DNA of 64,000 nt from an uncultured Pseudobdellovibrionaceae bacterium (GTDB lineage: Bacteria > Bdellovibrionota > Bdellovibrionia > Bdellovibrionales > JAGQZY01): assembly GCA_964351315.1 (NCBI GenBank), contig CAYGNH010000014.1, forward strand, positions 3,280-67,279, in the 5' to 3' direction. Below, piece by piece: positions 9,150-20,679 of the stretch (position 1 is its first letter; each line of letters begins with the position of its first letter). The notes beneath the pieces are model-generated. The model saw only the letters and a list, made by a program, of their open reading frames with translations. It had not been told where the DNA came from and did no database searches. The translations under genes and the position numbers were made by a program.

Positions 9150-12100
9150 TGAGACTCATTTTAATCGCAACCTTCTTTTTCACAGCGGCACTGACGGCCT
9201 GTACCGTCAACAAGCGAGACCCGCAGACGCCTGTCGTTACCGCTAAACGAGTCAAAACAGACTTCTTTTTTGAATACAGCGCCGATCGAAGCACTTACAA
9301 ATCAAGACGATTCTTGTTTGGAATGGCGACCGAAGACAAAGCCGGACGCTACCGCGATATCAACTTTGATCACTACAATCGTTATGCTTACGGGAGCTCC
9401 AACATCGAGTTTGAATTCAACGAAGCCGGAGACAAACTCATTGGCCGCCTTGTCAACCCCACCTATCCCAACAATAAAAACAAATGGCAAGTTCTATTAA
9501 CCTTTAATATTAGTCGCAGTTACTACGAGGAAAACGTGGTCGATGGTACTGGCCGCACCAGTAATGATCGCATCGAAAGAGTCGACCGCAGCGATCCTCG
9601 AGCTCGAACCTATATCGATTTAGAACTCAGCTCTTTAAAGTTTGAAAACAATGTCCTAGTGAATCCATACGACGTCATTGCTATGCGCCAGATTCAGAAA
9701 ATTGAAGACGTGGAGTGGAGCAGTGACGGAAAGTTTCTCGGTTTTACAACCGTTGCAACAAATGTCGCTCTCGGCTCGAATGCTCAGACCATCGATCGCG
9801 TGAACTTTCTTAGGATGGACGAAACTCCTGTGGACTTTGAACAAACTCGCTACAATAAGTACAACGATCAACATGTGCAGATCCTCTACACTATAGGCTC
9901 TCGCCCTAACCATTTCGGTGAGGACCTAAAGGCTGTCCACTGGGATATTAATGAACGAACAAAAAAGAAACATAAGATATATCTTCACAACTTCCCAGAG
10001 GAATACCTGCAAATTGCCAAAGACTCTGTGGAATCATGGAATGATGTCTTTCAAGACTTAGTCGGTTACCGACCCTTTGAAACAGAAGTTTGGGAGAGTA
10101 AATACTTCTTCGACCTCCGCCACCACGTCGTCCACTGGGTGGATGATATCCGTCTTTCGGCAGCTGGCCCCCTTGGCGTCGCCAATATCGCCGCTGATGT
10201 TGAAACAGGCCGCGTTCTGTGGACTGGCTCCATCGTCTGGGGCGGACTACTTGATCGATATGCTGGTCGTCACATCCCTTCATCCAGTGTCGCCGGGTTT
10301 GATGCATTCGCTCAACAAGGTCACAGCATGCAAGGCTTGATTCCTCAAAATCAAAGTGCCTGGAACACTCCCACCGTGACCCCCATGATCGACTCCTATT
10401 TCAGTGACTTCACGAACTATCTGACCAGTAGTGTGAGTCAAGTTAACGCCAACGAAATTGAACAGCGAATCGAAGAATTCAATTCTGAGATGGATCGAGC
10501 GGTTAGTGCAAATGCCATGACCGAAGCTGATGCTGAGGCTGCAAAGACCAACTTTGCGGCACAAGCCAGAAACCCAGAAGACTTATTTTCAGCCCAACAA
10601 CTTTTGGGAACCATGAGGCAGGCAATGCAAATGGAGCCTGTTCATGAAATGGATTTGGACGATTCTCGTGCCAACCTACAAATCAATCCCTTCAGCTTCG
10701 AACAGATTCTTGAAGAGCTGGGAATGGCAACGACCGAAGAGAACTCCGATCGTCAAGTCTATTTGGGAGTGATGGACCCAAGCTCGGATTTTTACAATCA
10801 ACTGCCTGAGGATTTGCAACAGCGAGCTTTTCAAGTCCCTAATGGATTTTTTGAATACTCTCACGACGCGGATCAATCCGCATACAACATGATCCAAAGT
10901 ATGAATTCGGGTGTTAGTGAACTTTTGGCTTCTGGGCAAATTGTTGACGTCGAAGAAGTGAAACGAGGAATGATCCGTGGAACTCTCGTCCATGAGATAG
11001 GTCATACTCTTGGGCTCGGGCACAATTTTAAATCGAACATCCTACCCAAAAAAGGCGACGTTCCAAATACGATCTATAATGCACTAGAAGCCAAAGCCAA
11101 AGAAAAACGCACGGACTCGGCTGGAAATGAAAAAGAAAAAATGATCAATGCCAGCTCCATTATGGGTTACGCAGATGGTCTCACCGATGCCTTAACGCCC
11201 TACGATGAGCATAAGCCAGGGTTCAATGATATTTCACGCTTGAGACTTCTTTATAAGCAAGAATATCCAATGTACGACAAAACTTCCGGTGGTGAGTCAG
11301 ACTACGAATGGGTCAAGCTTGAAGAAGATGGCCGTATCTTACCGCAGGTCAATCGCAATGGGAAAATTTTGACCCCCGGTTACCTCCCTAACTGTAATGA
11401 CCTTGAAGCAAGCTACTATCTAGACCCCTTTTGTAACCGTCATGATCGTGGGTACAATGCTCAAACATTAATGGTTAACTACTTTGACCGCTTTTGGGAC
11501 ACTCTCCAACAAAACCTTGAGTCTAATATCGACTCGCTACAAAGTCGAAACTATCAAGGCATTGAAGGGTATTTGTGGCATCTTTCAGCACGAACTTTGA
11601 ACAGAGGTCGTTTGTTTCACGATTATATGAGGAACAAGTACCGTGATCAGATCGAACATTTAGACGTTGGTGGTATGGGCACCTATCAAAATATCCTTGA
11701 ATTCTCGCAGAGCTGTCGTGACCTTTCAGGAAAAAGCTCCGATGAATTGGCCGACCATCGAGAGCAAGCGAAGTACGGACGTTTCATCGAATCTGAAGTA
11801 GGCGGAGGCTTCCGACTCAATGAATTTGGTGACCTCTGTATTGCGACAGCAAACTATTTTGATCAACTCAACGAACTGCTACAACTGGAAGGCAAGGAGT
11901 ACACCGAGGTTGATTATTTTAACCGTCTTGCTCCCGGAGGAATTCGTGCCGGTGACGCCGTTTCTGACTACAGTCAGTTTTTTGGTAGCTGGAAGCGAAT
12001 GTCACTTTTGCCTATTAAATTTAAAATCATGCAAAATATGATTTTGCCAATGACAACTATGACTGTAGGCGGGCGAGACTATGCCATACCTATCTACAGT

Positions 12101-12964
12101 CGTCCGGATACTTCTTTTAGTATGAGTACACTTTATCCAAAAGAGTACCTAAAAGTTATTCGATCTTATGTAGAAAGCTCGATCAATATTGATGACCCTA
12201 CGGTGGAGCCTAGTATTTCTCGATCTCTTTGGTACCTAGGTTATTTTTTGCGATTTCAGACACAAACCAGGGACTACTTGAACTTTCCAAGTGAAATTCT
12301 CGACTCAGTTTCTAAATTGACTCGCTTTCGTTTTTCACAAGCCTTAGTGGTAGTCAATGCAACGAAAGAGGATGGAAGTCCTTACGCAAAAACCTTTAAG
12401 GGGCAGATTTACAATCAGTATAACAACTCCAGTCTAGAAACTTTAGGTAACATCTACCTTTACACTTTTGACCGGATTGTGATGAATTCTCAAAATAACA
12501 ACAGTTTGGCTCTTCAAGTTTCTCCGGTTCGATGGAGAACACCCTCCGCGGGAGTCTCTTTGGCTATCAAGTTAGACTATGCGCCTAACTACAACTTCGA
12601 AGAGTTAGAAGTTTATTCGCCTCGTAAGTTTTTTACTGATAACTACACTGACACCCTAGAAAAATGCATCAAAGGTGATAATGCCAGCCTAGACAACGGG
12701 CTAGAGTCTTATTTCAACGCCACGAACGAAGATTTCGAAGGTATTTTGATTCCACTGAATATTGATTCCCGCAGCTCGGCCTACAGAGAGGTCAATGACT
12801 CGATTATCTCTAATCTCAATCAGTTTTCAGCAGCCAAGAATTTTGACCTGAAGAATTGTGAAAATGCTTTAAAAACCCAAACGGTCTTAGTTCTCAGTGC
12901 GGCCATGATGATGGGTTACATTTTCCCTGAAACCTTTAAATATTATGAAGCGGGAGCCAACTGA
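9149..12964 (+). CDS. Large lipoprotein zinc metalloprotease (metzincin; DUF4953/EcxA-like)
   Basis: Lipobox LTAC; HEIGHTLGLGHNF zinc motif; Met-turn SSIMGY. Confidence 0.8.
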   Translation: MRLILIATFFFTAALTACTVNKRDPQTPVVTAKRVKTDFFFEYSADRSTYKSRRFLFGMATEDKAGRYRDINFDHYNRYAYGSSNIEFEFNEAGDKLIGRLVNPTYPNNKNKWQVLLTFNISRSYYEENVVDGTGRTSNDRIERVDRSDPRARTYIDLELSSLKFENNVLVNPYDVIAMRQIQKIEDVEWSSDGKFLGFTTVATNVALGSNAQTIDRVNFLRMDETPVDFEQTRYNKYNDQHVQILYTIGSRPNHFGEDLKAVHWDINERTKKKHKIYLHNFPEEYLQIAKDSVESWNDVFQDLVGYRPFETEVWESKYFFDLRHHVVHWVDDIRLSAAGPLGVANIAADVETGRVLWTGSIVWGGLLDRYAGRHIPSSSVAGFDAFAQQGHSMQGLIPQNQSAWNTPTVTPMIDSYFSDFTNYLTSSVSQVNANEIEQRIEEFNSEMDRAVSANAMTEADAEAAKTNFAAQARNPEDLFSAQQLLGTMRQAMQMEPVHEMDLDDSRANLQINPFSFEQILEELGMATTEENSDRQVYLGVMDPSSDFYNQLPEDLQQRAFQVPNGFFEYSHDADQSAYNMIQSMNSGVSELLASGQIVDVEEVKRGMIRGTLVHEIGHTLGLGHNFKSNILPKKGDVPNTIYNALEAKAKEKRTDSAGNEKEKMINASSIMGYADGLTDALTPYDEHKPGFNDISRLRLLYKQEYPMYDKTSGGESDYEWVKLEEDGRILPQVNRNGKILTPGYLPNCNDLEASYYLDPFCNRHDRGYNAQTLMVNYFDRFWDTLQQNLESNIDSLQSRNYQGIEGYLWHLSARTLNRGRLFHDYMRNKYRDQIEHLDVGGMGTYQNILEFSQSCRDLSGKSSDELADHREQAKYGRFIESEVGGGFRLNEFGDLCIATANYFDQLNELLQLEGKEYTEVDYFNRLAPGGIRAGDAVSDYSQFFGSWKRMSLLPIKFKIMQNMILPMTTMTVGGRDYAIPIYSRPDTSFSMSTLYPKEYLKVIRSYVESSINIDDPTVEPSISRSLWYLGYFLRFQTQTRDYLNFPSEILDSVSKLTRFRFSQALVVVNATKEDGSPYAKTFKGQIYNQYNNSSLETLGNIYLYTFDRIVMNSQNNNSLALQVSPVRWRTPSAGVSLAIKLDYAPNYNFEELEVYSPRKFFTDNYTDTLEKCIKGDNASLDNGLESYFNATNEDFEGILIPLNIDSRSSAYREVNDSIISNLNQFSAAKNFDLKNCENALKTQTVLVLSAAMMMGYIFPETFKYYEAGAN

Positions 12965-15900
12965 TGAAATATTTTATCGCGGCATTGATTGCCCTAACGG
13001 CAGTATCAGCTTGTACTCCAAAGTCGATGGAGAACAACCATCATGAAGCAGCTCCAGTTTATGAGCAATCGGCTCGAATTGAAGCTCAACAAGTGGAAAG
13101 TATCGCCCAAGTCGAGCAGCTTTACACATCTCTGCGCCCAGCTATCGAATCGGGTGATGCCGACCGAATGCTTTCTGCCCTTGAAGCTATGGAGGTTTTT
13201 CTTCTTAATCTTGATAACTTAAACAATCCGGTGATTCACACTCGAGGTCAATTACACCCTAGCTACAATCGACTAATGAATCTCTACGGCTTAGGACTCT
13301 CTTTGGCGATTCGGTCACTTCCAGAGAGCCCTCGACAAACTCAACTTTTAGAAAACTACCGTAATACCCTGTTTCACTCTTGCCATCTCGACAATATGGA
13401 CTGTCAAACGGCGGCCGCCTTCAAAGGACCTTACGGGGTTTCGATCTTAAGCCATTTAATTCGTCACGAAATTGCGACAATGCGAAACTCAGCTCAAACG
13501 CAATTCCCAACCCAAAACATTAAAAATGTGATATTTTCACTGTATGTTCTAAAAAACTTTAACGAGAGTCAGTCGAACATCACGCAATCTCTTTTTGTCG
13601 ACTTCTCTTCCATCTTTTTCAGAAGCGTAGATATTGCCAATATTCAAGACCCTCTATTGAATAAGTATCTTTTAGACTTACAAAATATGATGGTCTACTT
13701 GGCAGCCCAAGATGCGGCTCCAGAGACCTGTTCAATTTTTCAATCGATGAACCGTCAGCAGTTAAATCATATCACCGAAACTCTCGATCGAAGCTTTGTG
13801 GTTCAATTTAGCAATCACTATTACCGATGTCATTCCTCCGAGGAAATTATCGCACGTATTGTTGCTGACGAAGAAGATCTTCGAGCGGAGGTTGAGCAAG
13901 ATATAGAAAACAAAGGATCTTGGATGGAATACCAAAACACCATTCATGGTCGCGCCTATATCCTAAAACAAAACCACCAAGAGGTTTTAAATAATTTTGG
14001 GATTCGAGGAGAAATTCCTTTAGCTGTTTTACACTTAATGGATCAAATTTATTATGGACGCATGGATGTATCAGAACAGGAAGCCTTACTTGCTCGTCTT
14101 TCAGAGAGTGATCTCGAGGTTTTTGTTCGCAAGTCTGAACAATATGCCCAAATAAACTATTTGTATGCAATGCAGTACACCTTCAATCAGTTTAACAATT
14201 CTCTGGCATCTAGTTTTGAAGAGAATCAAACCATTAACAAAAAGTTTGTTCAAGACGTCTACGATGCTCTTTGGCAATCAACGGGTGACATGTGGCTAGA
14301 CTACCGTCGCCAAGTCAGCCGACTTCGCCAAGGTTTGTCTGATGTGTACTTCAAACTTTCTCCTCAAAAGAGACAAGAACTAGAAACCACTTATCAAGAC
14401 TTGAACGAGCGAAAATTCGAGGAAACAAATCTAACAAAATTAATCAATGTTGGAGTGACATATCCTATTGTTCTTGCAACCACTTACTTTACAGGAGTCG
14501 ATGGTGGCGGAACCATGGAAATTCGAATCGCTTGGGTTCGTGGAGCTGATAATACGATTGAAATTTCCACAATCAAACCTCTTCGCAATTGGTTTCGAGC
14601 CTACTCTCGAAGCATCTTACAGCTTTTGGATTTTGGAACCATCGGCTATCAGCCTTACCGATTTGAAAGAAGTTATGGATTAGCCTCGGCGATCAAGTCC
14701 GGTTTCTTCGAAACGGTTAATTTCGATTTAGGCAACGAAAACAAAGGTCTCGAACACAACTTGAAACTGTTTTGGCATCGCTATGTGGAACACAATCGTG
14801 AATTTGCAGAGATCGCACAAAGAGAAATCGAAGAACTGCGTGGCGTTGAAGAGAATCACTGGCCGAAAGTTCAAAGAATGTGCAACCAGCCAATCTCAGG
14901 TGAGAGACGGATTCAAATGAGTGAGCTTTACCAAGACTTCTACCTAGACTCACGCGAATCCAGCTCGTCAGTGGGCAATAGAGATCTTTCCTATGCAACT
15001 CGTATTAATGATATCCAAAGTAGAGTTGAAGGCCTTCGCTCCGAAATTGAAAAAATGCGCAGAACTTACCAAGTAATTCTTACGGCCCTTCAAGAAAAAG
15101 GCCACGACACATCAGCATTGAAAAAGCACTTTCAAACGGCTTTGGTTCCCCATTTTCTTACCATGAAAACCCTCATTGAAAAAAGACAGAACCTTCTTGA
15201 AGATGTGCAAAAAGAGGATGAATCTTGCCTCTACACCCTCAATAAAATGCAACGTTTTCAGCAAAACATAATGCAGAAAAAAGCCGTGGACTATGCCGCC
15301 CGCGTGCATGCCGCTATGAGCTATGTGACGCCTGACTCAGCCTTAAGTCAGCAACTGAGTCAAAATACTTCGGCCGCAGACATAAAAGCTCTTTTTGAAA
15401 CAGAAAGGACTCGACTCCTAACAGAAGCCACTCAAGATAGTTATCGTCTTTGGGTGTCCGAACAAATGATCAATACTTCAGTTCTCGAAAAGGTCTCTTC
15501 TGACTTAAGTTTTCGAGGCCAGAGACTGTTGATGGAAGCTCTAAACCTTTTAGTCAGTCCTCACAACATGGAAACTGACTTCGGAATTGGAATTCGAGGA
15601 ATGACAACTCAAGCCAACTCCTTAAACGATCCGAACAGTTTCTTAGCCAGACGAGGTGGTTTTGATTCGGAGTACTTTGAAATCAGCGATCAAGACCAAC
15701 GATTACGGGTTCGAGAAGAGCTTCTTGACCTAACGGCATCAGTTAGTGAAATTGTTGAGTACTTTCAGGACAGCCCAACCATTCTTGGTGAGCTCCGCCA
15801 ATTGGGATTCAACACTGAGAACCCATCTGAGGCGCAGGTTCCTTTGAGCTCTAATCTTGATATTTTCATTAACAACTTCCAATACTTTAAAGAACGCTTG

Positions 15901-17091
15901 GGTAGTTCCGAAAAACGTAACCGTGTTCGCTTTAACAGCAATCGACAGGCCTTTATCCAAGAGACACTTGAAAAGCTTTTTGGAAACAATCAAGAGGGAC
16001 AGCAAATATTCAATTGGAGCAGTCAGTACAGTCGAATTGAGTACCTCAGCAGTAATTACACGAAAAATCTAGAGACTTACTTGGCTGGACCTATATTTGT
16101 TCCCAACAACCTTGACTCCGAAAATCCTGATCTTTCTTGCTTTTTGGATGTCTCTTTTGATGATGTCTCTGACAAACAGGGTTGCACATCCTACAGTGTT
16201 AGCTCGGAACAAGTAATTGATGAATTTATTGAGCGAGCCGATTTGTTCTATCTTGACCAGCACGAGTTGGCCCCGATGCTGACTTATAGTGACGCTCAGG
16301 AATTAGACGAATTAAGTTCGATTTTGAATGCGACACTTCTCGCCAGTGAGTATATTGATCAATATAAGCCCTCTGATATTATTAGATACTTCAGATACTA
16401 CAAGAAGAAAACCGAACCCGGCGAATGGACTTGGTTTGATCAATTTCTCGCCAAAGAATTCACAACGGTGCAGACAAGGGATCAACAGTTTCAATCCTTA
16501 AATGTTCCTATGATTCCTGGAACAAGGAATTATGAGGTTTATTTCGAAGAAATTGAGTATTTAGAAGTGGAAAACCTACTAATGCCGTTCAATATGAGCA
16601 CGAAAAATATTTTTAGAAACTATTTTCGCTCAAATATCTTTAATTTTATTAGATTCACTGACGAGATTATTGAGGAGATGGTCCAGCGAGAGTATGAAAC
16701 CCAAACAGACGATTACCCTCGTATCCGTTTCAAAAGAGAAGATGTCGCCGACATTACAGCGGGAGCTGAAGACGGTCGTCAGTGGCTCGATCTTCCTATA
16801 AAAACCCGCGACAACGGAAGCTTGGTTCTTCTTGAAGACCACGGTTTTGAAGTCAAAGTCTACGAGGATCAACAAAAGGTTGTTCTTGAAGAGTACGAGT
16901 GCAGTTTGATGCCCCAGTTGGGTGATCTTGACTACAGCGCTGAGTCCGCTTCCTATATTTCGGAAGCTTCAACTTGTGGACAACAGGTGCGCCGTTGGTT
17001 GAACTACAAAAAGTGTGAACAATTTAAAGCTCGAAAAAATAGCTATCCTAACTACCATCGCCAGTGCGTTGGTGGCCTTGGAGGCAACTAA
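12964..17091 (+). CDS. Giant helical lipoprotein, unknown function
   Basis: 1375 aa ORF, lipobox VSAC, TGATG stop/start overlap with the protease gene. Confidence 0.75.
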   Translation: MKYFIAALIALTAVSACTPKSMENNHHEAAPVYEQSARIEAQQVESIAQVEQLYTSLRPAIESGDADRMLSALEAMEVFLLNLDNLNNPVIHTRGQLHPSYNRLMNLYGLGLSLAIRSLPESPRQTQLLENYRNTLFHSCHLDNMDCQTAAAFKGPYGVSILSHLIRHEIATMRNSAQTQFPTQNIKNVIFSLYVLKNFNESQSNITQSLFVDFSSIFFRSVDIANIQDPLLNKYLLDLQNMMVYLAAQDAAPETCSIFQSMNRQQLNHITETLDRSFVVQFSNHYYRCHSSEEIIARIVADEEDLRAEVEQDIENKGSWMEYQNTIHGRAYILKQNHQEVLNNFGIRGEIPLAVLHLMDQIYYGRMDVSEQEALLARLSESDLEVFVRKSEQYAQINYLYAMQYTFNQFNNSLASSFEENQTINKKFVQDVYDALWQSTGDMWLDYRRQVSRLRQGLSDVYFKLSPQKRQELETTYQDLNERKFEETNLTKLINVGVTYPIVLATTYFTGVDGGGTMEIRIAWVRGADNTIEISTIKPLRNWFRAYSRSILQLLDFGTIGYQPYRFERSYGLASAIKSGFFETVNFDLGNENKGLEHNLKLFWHRYVEHNREFAEIAQREIEELRGVEENHWPKVQRMCNQPISGERRIQMSELYQDFYLDSRESSSSVGNRDLSYATRINDIQSRVEGLRSEIEKMRRTYQVILTALQEKGHDTSALKKHFQTALVPHFLTMKTLIEKRQNLLEDVQKEDESCLYTLNKMQRFQQNIMQKKAVDYAARVHAAMSYVTPDSALSQQLSQNTSAADIKALFETERTRLLTEATQDSYRLWVSEQMINTSVLEKVSSDLSFRGQRLLMEALNLLVSPHNMETDFGIGIRGMTTQANSLNDPNSFLARRGGFDSEYFEISDQDQRLRVREELLDLTASVSEIVEYFQDSPTILGELRQLGFNTENPSEAQVPLSSNLDIFINNFQYFKERLGSSEKRNRVRFNSNRQAFIQETLEKLFGNNQEGQQIFNWSSQYSRIEYLSSNYTKNLETYLAGPIFVPNNLDSENPDLSCFLDVSFDDVSDKQGCTSYSVSSEQVIDEFIERADLFYLDQHELAPMLTYSDAQELDELSSILNATLLASEYIDQYKPSDIIRYFRYYKKKTEPGEWTWFDQFLAKEFTTVQTRDQQFQSLNVPMIPGTRNYEVYFEEIEYLEVENLLMPFNMSTKNIFRNYFRSNIFNFIRFTDEIIEEMVQREYETQTDDYPRIRFKREDVADITAGAEDGRQWLDLPIKTRDNGSLVLLEDHGFEVKVYEDQQKVVLEEYECSLMPQLGDLDYSAESASYISEASTCGQQVRRWLNYKKCEQFKARKNSYPNYHRQCVGGLGGN

Positions 17092-17092
17092 T

Positions 17093-20000
17093 TTGAAGAC
17101 TTTAATCTCATACTTAACGATAGTCTTTGCATTTTTGACGCTGGCAAACTGCACAAAAGACCAGAGCCGGAACAATCAGCATCAATCTGCTCCCAGGGTT
17201 GAAGTCGGGAGCACTTTGACTGCGAACGCTTCGATTCTGACAACGGGTTTGCAAGATCTCTCTACTTTTCGAGGAGATCAATCTGAGTCCCTTCGTAACT
17301 TTTTTGAAACTTATTTGACAGAAGATTTTTTCCGAAACCTCGTTCGACTAAGAGATCCTAAAGAACTCAGAGATTTGTCTCAGTACCATCGGCAGTTTCA
17401 CCAGTACAGCTTGGATCATCCGGAGAATCGAGATAGCCTATCTCTACTCTCCTTTGACTATTACCAGCGCTTGGTCAGTTTATGTGCAAATGATTTTCAA
17501 ACTTGTCCTATTCTTGGCCTTTACAGTCATGCGGTCTATGCTGGAAATGTTTTTTTACTGGCTGAACCACATGTCCCAGAGGCTGAACGCGAGCGCTATA
17601 TTCTATTTACAACCAACATAGGGTTTCCTCAAAACAATATTCCAATAGTGGAAAGAAGGCTGCAATGGATGGTTGATGATATCTCTGATGATGAGACCGT
17701 CGACCTCACTAAAATCGAGCGACTTACCAATCTTATAGTCTACCTGTCCATAGAAGGCCATGAATTTCCACAGGCCCCCATTCACGCTCTTTACCGGCTT
17801 GTACAAGGTCATCCCAACAACACATCACTGTCTCAGGCTTTTGAAAATATTTTGCAGTTTTCTCTTGAAAGAGAACCGAACGGACCTTCTTTAGAGATAG
17901 CAGAGCGGTACATCTTAAACATCCTTAGCAGCAGCAACCTAGATTCAACTCTGCAAATGGAAAACAACAATGGATTGATTCGATGGAAAGGGGAGCTACA
18001 AACCTTTAGCCTAGCCAGAGACTGGCAGAGCTACTATGTCCTTTATGGTTTTTTAAAGCCACAATACTCCGGAGATCTCCATTCTCACTTTTTTGCAAAA
18101 GCGGTCGAATCTCAAGAAAAGCAGAGTCAGTTACTGAATATCTCTCTCGCTTATATCTACAAAAAATTTATTAAAAACGCCTATCTCTCTCACCAGGAAA
18201 TTGGTCAAATTTGGCAGCAAGAATTTGAAAGATTCGGCAAAGTCGAGCCCATGTTTACTGACTTTTTTAGGTTGGCCGATGCGAAGTTGGCGGAGATTTG
18301 GAATGCGGCGTATAAACAAGAGGTAGAACGAATCTCAAATGAGATTACTCCCTATTTCACTGCTGCAGAATTAGCTCCGATCAAACAGGTCGAAGACAAT
18401 CTTGAATCCAACATTGCCAACCTTGTGGCTTATCCAGCCCAATTTATAGCTGGATATTTTGCCTCTCAACAAGGAGATTTTGATTTTAAATTTTTTGTCG
18501 GTGGTGGGGGAATGCCTCCCAGTATCGTTCACATGAATGACATCTATTATTTCAAAGAGCATTTCGACGGATCGGCTCCTGTTATGTTCCAGTTTGTTAC
18601 TGAACCCGATATTAAAGGTTTGGAGTCCCTGCTCTCTTTTTATATCTCACTCGATCAGAGAATACTGCAGTCCTACAATCTTAACTTAGAATTCACCCAG
18701 CAGTTTATTGGACGCTACCTGCAAAAAGAAAAGCAGTTTATGCTCGATAAAAATGAAGAAATGCGACGATCGCTCTCCGACGGAACAGCCATCCAACGTC
18801 TCAAAGGCTATTGCGAAAAAATTGAACGCGGAGATTTCAACTTTACCTACAATCTTCCTTTCTCTGCTTCTGAAAATCGATTTTTCATGGGGCAAGTTTA
18901 CCCCCTTGGCGGTGGTTATACTTTTGGCACCAACCATGAGCTCGTTGATTTCATCAATATCTTTAATAAACAGCTATTGCCAGAGAACCTGTCCGAAACC
19001 ACTGAAGTCCTTCGCATGGAACTTGACATCAAAGTGAACCGAATGCAGTTAATGAGGCAGGCACTTCTTGCACAAAGTCAGACTGAAATTGCGGAACAGA
19101 TTGGTATTAAAATTGATGAGATCCAGCAGATGGCGGATGATCTGTACCGCCAGCAAGAGGAAAACTTCTTTGAATTTGCCAGCTGTTTGGTCTCTTTTGA
19201 AAAAGTAGAAAAAATCATGCGCCTGGAATATTTCGATCACGAAATTCACTTTGCCAAGGCCACTTATCAAGCTCTGAATATCCTTAACCAGGACCCCAAT
19301 CGTGACTTGTCCATGGCTGACGTGAGAGCCGAGTATGACTCGGCGTTCGCTAACCCTTTCTTCCAAGAATTGCCTCAGGCCGGACGCTTTGTGGATGGAC
19401 TTAATCAGACTTGGCTAAAATACGGAAGACGTTTTAAACAGAATATCGTTGATTACGACTCGCAGGTCACGGCTCAAATTGGTTTTAAGAAAACCATTAA
19501 TAGCCGCTATGCTTTTTTTACCAATAAATTCGAGCAGAGATTTCGTCTTATCGATTTCATCAGAGACTCGCAAAAACGGGGGCAAGAGTTCCCTACGACT
19601 CGTATCAATGGGCTACCCAGAAGTTACGAAGAATTGGATCTTATCTTTGGTGAAGGTCAAAATCATTTCTTCACGTTGGAGAAGGGAACTAATGAAACAG
19701 AGTCACAGTATGTTTTTAAACATTTTACCCACAATGGTTTTAGACGATCAGGTTACGCGACGCAGTTTTTGATGGATGGAACCTCGGTATGGAAAGTTTT
19801 GTATCTCAATATGGCTGCACTCGCCAAAACCAAAGCCCATCGGATTTCACTTGGAAATTTCAATTACAGAAATTATCCTCAGCTTATTGGTACTGCCTTA
19901 CAACCTCATTTTGCCAAAGTGGCTCGATTTAACAATGAACTTTTGTCTTTACTCAATATCTCAGAACAGGAGCGATCAATTTTAATTGATTTAAATAGTA

Positions 20001-20677
20001 AAAACTTTCGACGAGATGATGAAACCGGAGCTGGAGGAGCTCGCCAAATCGGCAACACTTTGTTTGTATACAATAATGTTGTTGATTTTTACAACCTAGG
20101 CCAGTTTGATGTTTTCTTTAATGTCTTGTCGAGTTACCAACTGGGGAAGAAAGCGCAATTTATTCCAGGACTTTTTGGGAGTGGACCTCAGCATGACACC
20201 GGGTATGATCAAAATCCATTGGTTTGGGAATGGATCCCACGAGTTCAATCCGGCGGAACCGGTGGTCCCGGTCCCGGCATGATTGTTCACGTCGATGCCG
20301 ACGAAACCTTTGGCCGACGAAACCAGCGCACCTACCCAAAAGACAATGTTGAAGTGGCCATCGACTATGACAATGCTAATTTATTCGCCGTTCAGGCAAG
20401 TGCAAAAAACTTGATCTTCCATGATGTCTTTCATACGGTAATGGCAGACCGAAGCCTGATTGATTCTTTCGTCCAGTGGACTCAAAATCCTGAGGTCAGC
20501 CAGAGCATTCAACCTTACCATTTGGATTTGTATTTTCATGCGGAGCCAGTAACCCCTCCACTTATTCAACCAAGTATCCGTGACCGGTACTATGACTATA
20601 GACAGCAGTTTGACTACGAAACACTCAATCTGTTCAAAGACGCCGGAGAGCCCGGAGTCCCTGAAAGTCGCCATTAG
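17093..20677 (+). CDS. Giant lipoprotein, probable paralog of 12964-17091
   Basis: TTG start at 17093 after GGAGG gives signal MKTLISYLTIVFAFLTLANC; shares spaced motifs with the upstream protein. Confidence 0.7.
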   Translation: MKTLISYLTIVFAFLTLANCTKDQSRNNQHQSAPRVEVGSTLTANASILTTGLQDLSTFRGDQSESLRNFFETYLTEDFFRNLVRLRDPKELRDLSQYHRQFHQYSLDHPENRDSLSLLSFDYYQRLVSLCANDFQTCPILGLYSHAVYAGNVFLLAEPHVPEAERERYILFTTNIGFPQNNIPIVERRLQWMVDDISDDETVDLTKIERLTNLIVYLSIEGHEFPQAPIHALYRLVQGHPNNTSLSQAFENILQFSLEREPNGPSLEIAERYILNILSSSNLDSTLQMENNNGLIRWKGELQTFSLARDWQSYYVLYGFLKPQYSGDLHSHFFAKAVESQEKQSQLLNISLAYIYKKFIKNAYLSHQEIGQIWQQEFERFGKVEPMFTDFFRLADAKLAEIWNAAYKQEVERISNEITPYFTAAELAPIKQVEDNLESNIANLVAYPAQFIAGYFASQQGDFDFKFFVGGGGMPPSIVHMNDIYYFKEHFDGSAPVMFQFVTEPDIKGLESLLSFYISLDQRILQSYNLNLEFTQQFIGRYLQKEKQFMLDKNEEMRRSLSDGTAIQRLKGYCEKIERGDFNFTYNLPFSASENRFFMGQVYPLGGGYTFGTNHELVDFINIFNKQLLPENLSETTEVLRMELDIKVNRMQLMRQALLAQSQTEIAEQIGIKIDEIQQMADDLYRQQEENFFEFASCLVSFEKVEKIMRLEYFDHEIHFAKATYQALNILNQDPNRDLSMADVRAEYDSAFANPFFQELPQAGRFVDGLNQTWLKYGRRFKQNIVDYDSQVTAQIGFKKTINSRYAFFTNKFEQRFRLIDFIRDSQKRGQEFPTTRINGLPRSYEELDLIFGEGQNHFFTLEKGTNETESQYVFKHFTHNGFRRSGYATQFLMDGTSVWKVLYLNMAALAKTKAHRISLGNFNYRNYPQLIGTALQPHFAKVARFNNELLSLLNISEQERSILIDLNSKNFRRDDETGAGGARQIGNTLFVYNNVVDFYNLGQFDVFFNVLSSYQLGKKAQFIPGLFGSGPQHDTGYDQNPLVWEWIPRVQSGGTGGPGPGMIVHVDADETFGRRNQRTYPKDNVEVAIDYDNANLFAVQASAKNLIFHDVFHTVMADRSLIDSFVQWTQNPEVSQSIQPYHLDLYFHAEPVTPPLIQPSIRDRYYDYRQQFDYETLNLFKDAGEPGVPESRH

Positions 20678-20679
20678 AA

